Shown piece by piece: positions 1-8,937 of a stretch of DNA of 64,000 bases (within the stretch, counting starts at the first letter, position 1; each line of letters opens with the position of its first letter). The notes beneath the pieces are model-generated. The model ran no database searches. It worked only from the letters and a program-made list of their open reading frames with translations, and was not told the origin of the DNA. The position numbers and the translations under genes were made by a program. Source of the stretch: an uncultured Chloroflexia bacterium (GTDB lineage Bacteria > Chloroflexota > Limnocylindria > Limnocylindrales > CSP1-4); assembly GCA_963833225.1 (NCBI GenBank), contig CAWHXD010000019.1, forward strand, positions 160,001-224,000, given 5' to 3'.

Positions 1-177
1 GCGCCGGTCGCCACGGTCGTTGATCCGGTAGTAGCGCAGCCGACCCGCCTCGCTCCACGCGCGGACCGTGTTGGGGTGCACGCCGAGCACCGTCGCGGCC
101 TTGGCGACGTTCAGGGTGGCATCTCCCGGCCGAGGGGTCCGGGCTGGTTGGGTGGAAGTGTGGGATTTGGTAGGCAT
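1..177 (-). CDS. Excisionase/MerR-like helix-turn-helix protein, N-terminal part (runs off the window edge)
   Basis: Manual translation from ATG at 177: MPTKSHT...LNVAKAATVLGVHPNTVRAWSEAGRLRYYRINDRGDRR, a typical HTH_17/MerR pattern. Absent from the ORF track because there is no stop in the window. Confidence 0.75.
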   Translation of the reverse strand, partial: MPTKSHTSTQPARTPRPGDATLNVAKAATVLGVHPNTVRAWSEAGRLRYYRINDRGDRR

Positions 178-267
178 GGTGGCTTGCGCGCAAGGTTCCC
201 AGACTTCACAGGAGTTGCCAATAGGACGATCCGCCCATCATCGCGTCGGCCAGCCGCGCCCGGTTCG

Positions 268-564
268 TCAGCCCTGGCGAGGACCGCCGGTGGCGCGCAC
301 ATAGGCCAGGGTCGCGCCGAGCGCCAGCAGGGCGATCACCGTGACGACGCCGATCGCCAGCAGCGGATCGCCGACCAGGCCCGGGCCCTGTCCGCTGCTG
401 CGCGGATCCCCGCCCGGCAGGGCGGATGGGCTCGGGGACGCCGCCAGCACGGATGCGGCTGCCGCGAGCGTGCCGGCCAGCGCGATGCTCGCGGCGGTCG
501 CGACGGCCGCCGCCCGCCGGATCGTTCTCCAGCCGACGGCTGCGCCCCGGTCAGACCAGGACAT
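268..564 (-). CDS. Small membrane protein, hypothetical
   Basis: Signal-like N-terminus and one C-terminal TM helix (PLLAIGVVTVIALLALGATLAYV); overlaps the upstream gene end. Confidence 0.55.
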   Translation of the reverse strand: MSWSDRGAAVGWRTIRRAAAVATAASIALAGTLAAAASVLAASPSPSALPGGDPRSSGQGPGLVGDPLLAIGVVTVIALLALGATLAYVRATGGPRQG

Positions 565-1267
565 CGACAAGCGCCCAGAGGAGGCCGCCGAGGAGCGCCA
601 CGACGCCGCCACCCAGGAGCAGGCTGATCGCGCGCGTCGTGCCCTGCCGGCCCTCGGCCAGCAGGCGGAGCGCCTCCTTCGGCTCGAGGTTGGTGAGGAT
701 CAGCGGCCGGTTCAGGCCGGGCCCGAGGATCGGCCCTCGCCCAGGATCCAGCGAGGGCACGCCGAGCACCAGCACGTGGTCGACGCTCGTGAGCAGCTCG
801 AGCCGAAGGCGCGCCGGCGTCGCCGGGTCGGTGCCCTCCGGGACTCGTTCACCAAGGTCCGCCGCGGTGCCCACCGACTCGCGCGTCACCACGACAAGGC
901 CCTCGTCCACCGAGTCCCCGTCGATCGCCAACCGGTCGAGTCCCTCGCTGATCTCGAACGGGACAACCTCGCGGTGATCCTCGAAGGCCACCCACCGGCC
1001 GCCCTGCCACAGCTCGAGTCGCCGCCGTCGCAGGACCAGCGGCCGGTGCTCCTCGTCCTCCCACTCGTCATTGGAGCCCACGCGCCCGGTGACGCCCAGG
1101 TACCGGGGCCGGGACGAGCTCGCCGCCGCGACGGCCTCGGCGACCGGGACCGTCCGTGTGGACGCCAGGATCCGGCCGATGCGCGCACCGGGACCCAGAC
1201 CGCGCATGAGCCACCAGCCGGCGACCAGGGCGAACCCGCCGACGATGACAAGCAAGAGGGGGATCAC
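551..1267 (-). CDS. Hypothetical membrane protein with N- and C-terminal TM helices
   Basis: ORF 551..1324, likely GTG start at 1267 (VIPLLLVIVGGF); soluble core between two TM helices. Confidence 0.7.
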   Translation of the reverse strand: MIPLLLVIVGGFALVAGWWLMRGLGPGARIGRILASTRTVPVAEAVAAASSSRPRYLGVTGRVGSNDEWEDEEHRPLVLRRRRLELWQGGRWVAFEDHREVVPFEISEGLDRLAIDGDSVDEGLVVVTRESVGTAADLGERVPEGTDPATPARLRLELLTSVDHVLVLGVPSLDPGRGPILGPGLNRPLILTNLEPKEALRLLAEGRQGTTRAISLLLGGGVVALLGGLLWALVDVLV

Positions 1268-1459
1268 GGGCCGATGATCGCACAGGCCATCACCTGGGCC
1301 GCTTCGCGCTGCGCGCGTACGCAAGCCGCGACCTTGGGCTCAGGCGCCGGCAGGGTGCCAGCGAGGGGGGAATCAGTCGCCCGAAGGAACCTACCCGACG
1401 CATGGGCCTTGATGTCATCGCGGCCGTTAGCATCGCTCGGCCCCTTCGGGCTGGAATCA

Positions 1460-1489
1460 ACGCTACGCGCCGTTGGGGACGGGGGTCAA
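1460..1489 (-). promoter_or_regulatory. Sigma70-type promoter TTGACC-N18-TAGCGT
   Basis: -35 at 1489-1484 and -10 at 1465-1460 on the minus strand. Confidence 0.55.
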
Positions 1490-1494
1490 TTCCC

Positions 1495-1546
1495 TTATCC
1501 ACCCCGTTCTGTCCAATCTGGCCGAGTTGTCCACCGCTTGTCCACG
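1495..1546 (+). promoter_or_regulatory. Three DnaA-box-like 9-mers
   Basis: TTATCCACC 1495-1503, TTGTCCACC 1527-1535, TTGTCCACG 1538-1546; each differs from TT(A/G)TCCACA only at the last base. Confidence 0.4.
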
Positions 1547-1580
1547 CCCGACGCCCGACGCCGACGCCCGCTCGCCCGGG

Positions 1581-2033
1581 TCAGCCGGTGCCACGTCCCG
1601 TGAGCGGGTCAAGCGCCCGCACCTCGCCGCCAAAGCTCGTGAGCACGAGCCGACCGCCCACCAGCTCGGCGTCGGTGACCACGTCCGAGTGGGCCACCCG
1701 CCAGCTGACCTCGCCGTCGGGACGCAGGGCGAAGGTCTCGATCTCGGCCTGGGCCACGACATGCGGCAGTCGCGATGACCCGACGATCACGATCACCGGT
1801 GACGCGGAGCGATGGGCCCAGCGCAGCACGCCGGTGCGGGCCTCGAACGCGTAGACGTGGAAGCCGTACTTGACAAGCAGCAGGGCCTCGGTATCCCAGA
1901 GCAGGCCGGCGGGCGCGTCGCTGATCAGCGAAGCGAGGCGAACGGTCCACGGTCCGGCAGGCGTGTCCACCCGGATCTCGGCCCGGCAGCGGCGTTCCGG
2001 CTCCGAGCCGGTCATCGGGCCGAGATCGGTCAT
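1581..2033 (-). CDS. PQQ-like beta-propeller repeat protein
   Basis: Repeats VYAFEARTGVLRW, ALRPDGEVSWR, VRALDPLTG; start uncertain (2033 or 2096). Confidence 0.6.
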   Translation of the reverse strand: MTDLGPMTGSEPERRCRAEIRVDTPAGPWTVRLASLISDAPAGLLWDTEALLLVKYGFHVYAFEARTGVLRWAHRSASPVIVIVGSSRLPHVVAQAEIETFALRPDGEVSWRVAHSDVVTDAELVGGRLVLTSFGGEVRALDPLTGRGTG

Positions 2034-2173
2034 CGGGCCACCGGCCTCCGACAGCGCGAATACGGCGGCGCCTTCGCCGGACCCGGCCCAGCGCATGGCC
2101 GCGCGAATGCCGCCCGGAAACTGGACGACGGCGTGGCTTGGCTCGGCGGGCACCGGTCGGGACGCGGGCAGGC

Positions 2174-2746
2174 TCAGGTGCCGGGGTTCGGCTGCAGCGT
2201 GGAGCTGCCCAGTCCGGCACCCTCGGCCAGGATGTCCGCCTGGCGGCGTTCCTCGCAGATCGGGGCAACGGTCGCGTTCGACAGCATCCGCAAGGTCGCG
2301 GGCGGGACCGGGAACACGGCGGTCGGGGTGCCGGCAGAGGCCCACACGACCTGGAACCGCCCCAGGTCCGGGTCCATGATCACGCGCACCGTCCGTGGGT
2401 GGCCGATGGGCGGGATCCCGCCGATGGTGTAGCCGGTCAGGTCCCGTGCCTCGATCGCGGTGGCGCGGCGGACGTCACGCTCTCCGGTGACGGCAGCCAG
2501 GCGTGCGAGATCGACACGGTTTGGGCCGGACACCAGGCACAGGATCGGCTCGAGGGTCTCGTCCTCGGCAGGGGCGACGAAGATCAGCGACTTGACGATC
2601 TGGCCGAGCTCCGCACCGACGGCCGCAGCCGCTTCCTCGGCAGTGTGGGTGGACTCCGAGAAGGCGTGGACATCAAGGGCGACGCCCTTGCGCGCAGCGG
2701 CGTCGATCACCCGCTGGGTTGGCGTGGGCGTCGAGAGCTCAGGCAC
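2174..2746 (-). CDS. YbaK/EbsC family aminoacyl-tRNA deacylase
   Basis: THTAEEAA...QIVKSL...TGYTIGGIPPIGH motifs. Confidence 0.9.
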   Translation of the reverse strand: MPELSTPTPTQRVIDAAARKGVALDVHAFSESTHTAEEAAAAVGAELGQIVKSLIFVAPAEDETLEPILCLVSGPNRVDLARLAAVTGERDVRRATAIEARDLTGYTIGGIPPIGHPRTVRVIMDPDLGRFQVVWASAGTPTAVFPVPPATLRMLSNATVAPICEERRQADILAEGAGLGSSTLQPNPGT

Positions 2747-2810
2747 GATCCGAAGGGTACACGACGGGGGTTGTGAGCCGTGTGCCCGAGCGGCGAGTAC
2801 GATCCGGACG

Positions 2811-3518
2811 ATGCCTCACGCCGCGCCTCGCCAGCGCCATGTCCTCGTCGTCGCGGACGGCGACGTCCCGCCGCGCTCTGCCCTGGACCAGGCCTGGCCC
2901 GGCTGGGACGACGCCGTGACCGACGTGATCGCGGCCGACGGTGGTCTGGCGCGCGCCCAGGGCCTCGGCCTGTCCCCGGACGTCCTCGTCGGTGACCTGG
3001 ACTCCGTGGATCCCGCGGCCGCCCACGCGGCGGAGCGCGACGGGATCGAGATCCTGAGAGCCCCCGCGGACAAGGACGAGTCGGACACGGAGCTGGCGCT
3101 GCTCGAGGCGGTCCGGCGCGGCGCGACCCGGGTGACCGTGCTCGGCGCGCTTGGCGGACCGAGGCTGGACCACGCGCTGGCGAACCTCTGGTTGCTCGCC
3201 CACCCGGGCCTCGCGGGGGTCGAGACCACGCTCCTCGACGGGTCGACCCGGGCACGGCTCCTCACGGGTCCTGCCGTCCAGCGGCTGCCCGGCGAGGTGG
3301 GGGCAACCGTGTCGCTCCTGCCGATCGGCGGCGACGCGCACGGGATCACCACCAGCGGTTTCCACTACCCGCTCCACGGTGAGACGCTGCGCACCGGGCC
3401 CGCGCGCGGCCTGTCCAACGTCCGGACGGCGCCGGACGCGTCGGTCACCCTCCGGGAGGGCCGCCTCCTGGTCGTGGAGGTGACGGTCCCGAAGGTCCCG
3501 CTAGACTCCTCCCCATGA
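2811..3518 (+). CDS. thiN: Thiamine diphosphokinase
   Basis: IAADGG, VGDLDS, DKDESDTELA, GGPRLDH, GLSN motifs; ATG at 2811. Confidence 0.9.
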   Translation: MPHAAPRQRHVLVVADGDVPPRSALDQAWPGWDDAVTDVIAADGGLARAQGLGLSPDVLVGDLDSVDPAAAHAAERDGIEILRAPADKDESDTELALLEAVRRGATRVTVLGALGGPRLDHALANLWLLAHPGLAGVETTLLDGSTRARLLTGPAVQRLPGEVGATVSLLPIGGDAHGITTSGFHYPLHGETLRTGPARGLSNVRTAPDASVTLREGRLLVVEVTVPKVPLDSSP

Positions 3519-4000
3519 CGACCCTGCGCGCCGGCGACCCGGCACCCGATCTCGTGCTCCCCGATGAGCACGGCACCCTGCAGCGCCTGGCAGACCGCCA
3601 CGGCTCCTGGACCGTCGTCTACTTCTACCCGAAGGACGACACGCCCGGCTGCACCACCGAGGCCTGCGGCTTCCGCGACCTTGACGCCGATATCGCCGGG
3701 CTGGGCGCACGCGTGTGGGGGATCAGCCCCGATCACGCGGCGAGCCATGCGGCATTCCGCGCGAAGTTCGGCCTCCCGTTCACCCTGCTCAGCGACGAGG
3801 ACCATGCGGTCGCGGAGCGCTGGGGGGCATGGGGTGAGAAGACCAGCTACGGCAAGACGTCGGTCGGGATCCTGCGTTCGACGTTCCTCGTCGACCCCGA
3901 CGGCCGGATCGCCAGGGCGTGGCCCCGCGTCAGGACGGACGGGCACGCCGGGCAGGTCCTGGACGCCCTCCGCGCAGCCCTCGCCGGGCGTGACGCGTGA
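3515..4000 (+). CDS. bcp: Thioredoxin-dependent peroxiredoxin Bcp
   Basis: YFYPKDDTPGCTTEACGFRD motif. Confidence 0.95.
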   Translation: MTTLRAGDPAPDLVLPDEHGTLQRLADRHGSWTVVYFYPKDDTPGCTTEACGFRDLDADIAGLGARVWGISPDHAASHAAFRAKFGLPFTLLSDEDHAVAERWGAWGEKTSYGKTSVGILRSTFLVDPDGRIARAWPRVRTDGHAGQVLDALRAALAGRDA

Positions 4001-4024
4001 TCCGCGCGACGAGAAACGCGTAAC

Positions 4025-4066
4025 GAAAAAGGCTTCGCTCGTGGGGGGAGACGAGCGAAGCCTCAG
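4025..4066 (-). ncRNA. Candidate ~40-nt single-hairpin RNA with CUCCCCCC loop and U-tail
   Basis: Perfect 13-bp stem (4030-4042/4051-4063); U-run on the minus strand only; extended -10 TGCTAGATT at 4080-4072 just upstream. Confidence 0.45.
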
Positions 4067-4159
4067 CCCGCAATCTAGCACAAAGGACGGTGTCGTGGTC
4101 TCCGATTCGCAACCTTCCGCGGCATCGACGACCGACGCGGAAATCGAGGGAGGTCGATC

Positions 4160-4903
4160 GTGACGGACGCCACAGAACACGCACCGCACGCCTGGCGCCC
4201 GCCGCGTTTCATGGTGATCGTCGCGCACCCTGACGACGCCGACTTCGGGCCGGCCGCGACGGCGGCCCGCTGGATCGACGACGGATCCGAGGGGTGGCTG
4301 GTCTGCTGCACCAGCGGTGACGCGGGGGCCGACGACTGGCGGACCGACCCCATCGAGCTGGCAACCGTTCGCGAGGCCGAGCAGCGGTCGGCCGCCGAAG
4401 TGGTGGGCTATGCCGGCATCTCGTTCATCCACCAGCCGGACGGCGCCCTCGCCAACGATCTCGCGCTGCGCGAGCAGCTCGTGCGCCAGATCCGGACGTT
4501 CCGCCCGGACGCTGTCCTGGCCGTGGACCCGGAGACGCTGTTCTACTTGGACGGCGGCGTGAACCACGCCGACCACCGCACGTCGGGGCTCGCGGCAGTG
4601 GATGCGGTCTACCCGGCGGCGCGCAACCCGATGGCGTTCCCGTGGCTGGCCCGCGATGGCCTGGAGCCGTGGATGGTCCGCCGGCTGTACCTGTTCTGGT
4701 CGAACCACCCATCGGCGTGGATCGACGTGACCCCCACCCTGGAGCGCAAGATCGCGGCGCTCCGCGCGCATCCCAGCCAGCTCCGCCATCCCGAGGAGCT
4801 CGAGCCGAGGATCCGCGAGTGGGCGACGGAGGAGGGGGCCGTCATCGGCGTGGAGGCAGCCGAGGCGTTCCGGGTCATCGTCATCGAGGGCGATGTCGAC
4901 TGA
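4160..4903 (+). CDS. PIG-L family deacetylase
   Basis: AHPDD and NHADH motifs. Confidence 0.9.
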   Translation: MTDATEHAPHAWRPPRFMVIVAHPDDADFGPAATAARWIDDGSEGWLVCCTSGDAGADDWRTDPIELATVREAEQRSAAEVVGYAGISFIHQPDGALANDLALREQLVRQIRTFRPDAVLAVDPETLFYLDGGVNHADHRTSGLAAVDAVYPAARNPMAFPWLARDGLEPWMVRRLYLFWSNHPSAWIDVTPTLERKIAALRAHPSQLRHPEELEPRIREWATEEGAVIGVEAAEAFRVIVIEGDVD

Positions 4904-4912
4904 CGGGCGGAT

Positions 4913-6712
4913 CTACCTGGCCAGCAGGGCGGGCCGCACCCGACCCCAGGCGTTCCACAGGTCGGCAAGCTCCGCGGCGCGACCACCCAGCGCATCGACC
5001 ATCTGCCCGAGGGAAAGGTCCCCGGCGTGGTCCACGAGCCACTCGTCGGCCGCGACGACCGCCTGCTCGTACAACGTGCCGATCTGTGCCTCGTTCGGCC
5101 ACGTCCGGATCCGCATCCGGTCCAGTCCCGCGTAGCCCACCGCGAGCGACAGGTCGCGCGCCGGCGGTTGGCGACCGTCCGCAAACCCGCCGAGGCCGTC
5201 ATAGCGGTACCCGAGCGCCGACAGGGCGCCCACGATGTCGCGGGCCTCGCGGTGCTCGAACAGCCGCCAGAAGGGGTGGTCCTCGGGAAGGTCCAGGTAG
5301 CCGTCCTCGATGGCCCGACCGACGATCACGTCCACGAGACGCGAGATCCGGAGGTGCCACTCGCGTTCGGCCTCGGGTTCCCCCGCGGCGAGCGTGGCCA
5401 CCAGCAGCTCGCGCGTCTCGCGGTCGCCGCGGAGCAGGCGGGTCACGACGGGGAAGCCGGCCATGATCTCCGCAGGCGAGGGCTCGCGCTCAGCCTCAGG
5501 CAGGTCGGGATGCTCCACCGGCCAGACCTTGGCGAACGGGTGCGGCTCATCGGCGGGCGGCGGCGTCCTGCGGGCGAGCTCGTCGGCCTCCTCGCAGCTC
5601 GCGAGGTCCTGGCGTGCCTCGTGGCAGCCGCCGTCGGCGTTCTCGGACGCGATGCGGGCCGCGTCCGCCTGGGCCGACAGGCGCTCCAGGGCCGGCTGGG
5701 CGGCACGGAGCTCGGCAATGCCCTGGTCGGCGGCGCGACGGGCCTCGCGCACGGCCGCGTTGAGGTCGTTGATCTCGTCGAGCCACGCGCGCGCCGCGGC
5801 CTCCGTGTCGTCCGGGCCACCGGCCCGCGCGGTGGCGGTGCGGAACAGCGAGTGAAGACGTTCCTTCTCGGCGGCGACCCGGCGCGGGTCGGCCGTGGAC
5901 TCCGACGAGTCGACGCGTTCGCGCAGGACATCGTAGGCACGCTGCGCCTCGCGCAGCGCATCGGCGGCGGCATCGGCGGTGCCACGCGCCGCATCCGCGA
6001 ACGCGCAGCGTTCCTCGACCAGTCGGCGCTGGGTACCACACGGGTCCGTGTCCGGGACGGGCTTGCCAGGCGAGGGCGTGCCGGACGAGGGCGTGCCGGA
6101 CGAGGGTGTGCCGGAGGACCCGTCTGCCCGTCCCGCCGGTCCCGCGCCACGCCCGGTCCCGGCGTGCGGCGTGATGGGAGGGCGAACGCGCTCGGCCGAC
6201 GCCTGGGCCAGCGCAAGGCTGGTGAACGAGTCGTCGCGCGCCGGTCGGGCCGGCCGTTGCGACCGGGCGGCGAACGCCGTGGCCGCAACCGGCCTGAGCA
6301 CGGCGACGCCGACCCCGATCCCGGCGGCATCGGTGCGGTCGATCGAGCGGTCCATGGGCACCGCCACGGCCGTCTCGGGCAGGGTGACGGGGGCTGATGG
6401 AACGCGCGTTCTAGCCTGGATGGTTGCGACGCCGTCGGCCGTGGCCCGCGCGCCGGTATCGGGCTGGGCGTTGTCGCGCGGCGGCTGCGGTCGATCGGCG
6501 TCGGGCCAGCCGGACATGGGATCCGGGAGGTCGTCGCCGGACGGAACGGCGAGCGTCCGGGGGCGCCTGGCGGGGATCGCGTTCGGGGTGATCGTGAGCC
6601 GGACCTCGCGGCGCGCCGAGGACCGGACCCGCATCACCAGCGTGAGCGCCACGCCGACGGCGGCACCGAGCGCCAGGCCGACGGCGAGAAGGGCGGTCTC
6701 GGAGGTGGTCAC
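4913..6712 (-). CDS. Hypothetical membrane-anchored coiled-coil protein
   Basis: N-terminal TM helix, low-complexity linker, Ala/Glu/Arg coiled coil, globular C-terminal domain; start uncertain (6712 or 6727). Confidence 0.7.
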   Translation of the reverse strand: MTTSETALLAVGLALGAAVGVALTLVMRVRSSARREVRLTITPNAIPARRPRTLAVPSGDDLPDPMSGWPDADRPQPPRDNAQPDTGARATADGVATIQARTRVPSAPVTLPETAVAVPMDRSIDRTDAAGIGVGVAVLRPVAATAFAARSQRPARPARDDSFTSLALAQASAERVRPPITPHAGTGRGAGPAGRADGSSGTPSSGTPSSGTPSPGKPVPDTDPCGTQRRLVEERCAFADAARGTADAAADALREAQRAYDVLRERVDSSESTADPRRVAAEKERLHSLFRTATARAGGPDDTEAAARAWLDEINDLNAAVREARRAADQGIAELRAAQPALERLSAQADAARIASENADGGCHEARQDLASCEEADELARRTPPPADEPHPFAKVWPVEHPDLPEAEREPSPAEIMAGFPVVTRLLRGDRETRELLVATLAAGEPEAEREWHLRISRLVDVIVGRAIEDGYLDLPEDHPFWRLFEHREARDIVGALSALGYRYDGLGGFADGRQPPARDLSLAVGYAGLDRMRIRTWPNEAQIGTLYEQAVVAADEWLVDHAGDLSLGQMVDALGGRAAELADLWNAWGRVRPALLAR

Positions 6713-6803
6713 GACGCTCCCGTGCATCCCGAGCTTGGTGGGCGTCGGGCTGGCGCCAGCGTCAGCTGCGCCCGGGGGCGTCGTCAACTCGCGCGCGACC
6801 CTG

Positions 6804-6869
6804 ATTCGCGGGCGTGCCCGGGGCGATTCGCGGGCGTGTCCGGGGCGTGTCCGGGGCGTGGCCGGGGCG
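6804..6869. repeat. Six tandem 11-bp GC-rich units in a divergent intergenic region
   Basis: attcgcgggcg-tgcccggggcg-attcgcgggcg-tgtccggggcg-tgtccggggcg-tggccggggcg. Confidence 0.75.
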
Positions 6870-7104
6870 TGTCGACGCGCACGCGTGGGGCCGAGCAGCG
6901 CCTGGATTTCGGGCGCCTGCGGCACCCGGGATCGTGCCTTCATTGCCTGTCGATGGTCCATTGGACGGTCCAGACGCGCCAAATGGCCCCCTTTGCCATG
7001 CACGTCCGCTCGCGGCTTGGTACTCTCGCACGCGTCGGCGGCGTCCCCCCGCCGGGGTTTTCCCGTCGCCCAGCCCCGAGCCCAGCAAGAGGCCCGCTCG
7101 CTTC

Positions 7105-8937
7105 GTGACCCTCGACCAGTCCCAGGAGTTCCTCGTCCAGCCCGTGGACGCGTCCTGGCTCCAGTGCAACATCGAGTGCCAGGAGGCCTGTCCCGTCGGC
7201 ACCAACTGCCGGGGCTACCTCAACCTCGCCGCGGAAGGCCGCTTCGAGGAGGGCTACATCCTTGCCCGCGAGCCCAACCCGGTCGCGGCGATGTGCTCCT
7301 ATGTCTGCTCGGCCCCCTGCGAGCGTGCCTGCCGCCGCGGCGACATCGACCGCCCGCTGGCCATCCGGGCGATGAAGCGCTTCCTCGTCGAGTGGCACGA
7401 GGCCTCGGGCATCCCGGACACCATGCCGGCCATCACGTCCCGCGAGGAGCGGGTCGCCGTGATCGGCGCCGGCCCCGCGGGCCTTGCGGTGAGCCGCGAG
7501 CTCGCGACCCGCGGCTACCAGGTGACGGTGTTCGACAGCCTGCCCTTTGGCGGCGGCACGATGCTGATCGGTGTCCCGGCCTTCCGCCTGCCGCGCGAGG
7601 CGATCGAGATGGACGTCCGCCTTGTCGAGCGCCTGGGCGTCCGGTTCGTGTTCGACACCACCGTGGGCATCGACATCCCGTTCGCCGACCTCCAGCGCGA
7701 CTACGACGCGATCGCGATCACGGCCGGTGCCATGAACCCGGTCTACCTCGACGTGCCGGGCGCGGACCTCGACGGCGTGAAGTACGGCATCGACTTCATG
7801 AAGCTCGCGAACCTCGGCCAGGAGCTGTCGGTCGGCCAGAACGTGGTGGTCATCGGCGGTGGCTACACGGCCATGGACTGCTCGCGCACGAGCCTCCGCT
7901 ACGGTGCCGAGAACGTCACGATCGCCTACCGGCGGACGCGCTCCGAGCTGGTCGTGGACGAGGAGGAGCTGGGCGAGACGGAGCGCGAGGGCGTCAACCT
8001 CGAGTTCCTGGTCAGCCCGATGGAGCTCATTGGCGAGGACGGCAAGCTCACGGCGGTCCGGTTCATCCGCAACAAGCTGGGCGAGCCGGACGCCTCGGGT
8101 CGCCGCTCCCCGGTGCCGATCGAAGGCTCCGAGTTCACGGTCCCGGCCGACACGGTCATCCCGGCGGTGTCGCAGGCGGCGGACCTGTCGTTCCTGCCCG
8201 TGGACGCCAACTTCGAGGTTGGACGCGGGCGACTCAAGGTCGACCCGGCCACGTATGCGACCAACGTGCGCGGCGTGTTCGCGTGCGGTGACTTCGTGAC
8301 CGGCCCGACCACGCTGATCGAGTCGGCGGGTCACGGCAAGAAGGCTGCCTACGCGATCGACCGCTACCTCGCCGGCCGGACGGACGTGACGGTCACCCCC
8401 AACGTGAAGATCACGAGCTCCTGGCGCCACGAGATGCCGGAGCTCTACGACGTGATGCCGCGGCAGCACATCCCGATGGTGGAGCTGCCCTCGCGGATGC
8501 CGTCCACGGACCCGGCGGTCAACTTCTCCACGCCCGTTGAGCGCGGCTACGACACGACGGCGGCCGTGGCGGAGTCCACCCGCTGCCTGATGTGCAACTA
8601 CAACATCTGGTTCGACCCGTTCCGGTGCGTGCTGTGCGGCGCCTGCGCCGACGTGTGCCCCGAGGGGGTCATCCACATGGTGGACGTCAACCAGCTCAAG
8701 ACCGAGGGGCTGCTGCCCGAGGTCGAGGAAGCCTACGGCTGGGCGCAGGGCGCGGCCATGGTCCTCGACGAGGAGCGGTGCATCCGATGTGCGCTGTGCG
8801 TCAAGCGGTGCCCCTTCGATGCCATCACCATGGAGCGGTTCGAGCTCCAGGAGATCTCGAGCGACGGACGGCTCTACAAGGAGTCGTATCGTGACGCGCA
8901 ACTCGCCGGGACGGCCGGCGTGGCAGGAGGAGCGTAG
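7105..8937 (+). CDS. GltD/NfnB-like FAD/NAD(P)-dependent oxidoreductase with C-terminal 2[4Fe-4S] ferredoxin domain
   Basis: CQEACP...CSYVCSAPCERAC Fe-S motifs, GAGPAG (FAD), GGGYTAMD...YRR (NADP), RCLMC, CVLCGACADVCP, CIRCALCVKRCP; GTG start at 7105. Confidence 0.9.
   Translation: MTLDQSQEFLVQPVDASWLQCNIECQEACPVGTNCRGYLNLAAEGRFEEGYILAREPNPVAAMCSYVCSAPCERACRRGDIDRPLAIRAMKRFLVEWHEASGIPDTMPAITSREERVAVIGAGPAGLAVSRELATRGYQVTVFDSLPFGGGTMLIGVPAFRLPREAIEMDVRLVERLGVRFVFDTTVGIDIPFADLQRDYDAIAITAGAMNPVYLDVPGADLDGVKYGIDFMKLANLGQELSVGQNVVVIGGGYTAMDCSRTSLRYGAENVTIAYRRTRSELVVDEEELGETEREGVNLEFLVSPMELIGEDGKLTAVRFIRNKLGEPDASGRRSPVPIEGSEFTVPADTVIPAVSQAADLSFLPVDANFEVGRGRLKVDPATYATNVRGVFACGDFVTGPTTLIESAGHGKKAAYAIDRYLAGRTDVTVTPNVKITSSWRHEMPELYDVMPRQHIPMVELPSRMPSTDPAVNFSTPVERGYDTTAAVAESTRCLMCNYNIWFDPFRCVLCGACADVCPEGVIHMVDVNQLKTEGLLPEVEEAYGWAQGAAMVLDEERCIRCALCVKRCPFDAITMERFELQEISSDGRLYKESYRDAQLAGTAGVAGGA

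Noticed and set aside
1495-1546. Replication origin
   Set aside because: Only three imperfect boxes, no AT-rich unwinding element and no dnaA/dnaN nearby.
6070-6115. 15-bp tandem repeat (SSGTP x3), and the PT repeat near 15680-15760
   Set aside because: In-frame low-complexity protein linkers; no spacers, so not CRISPR.
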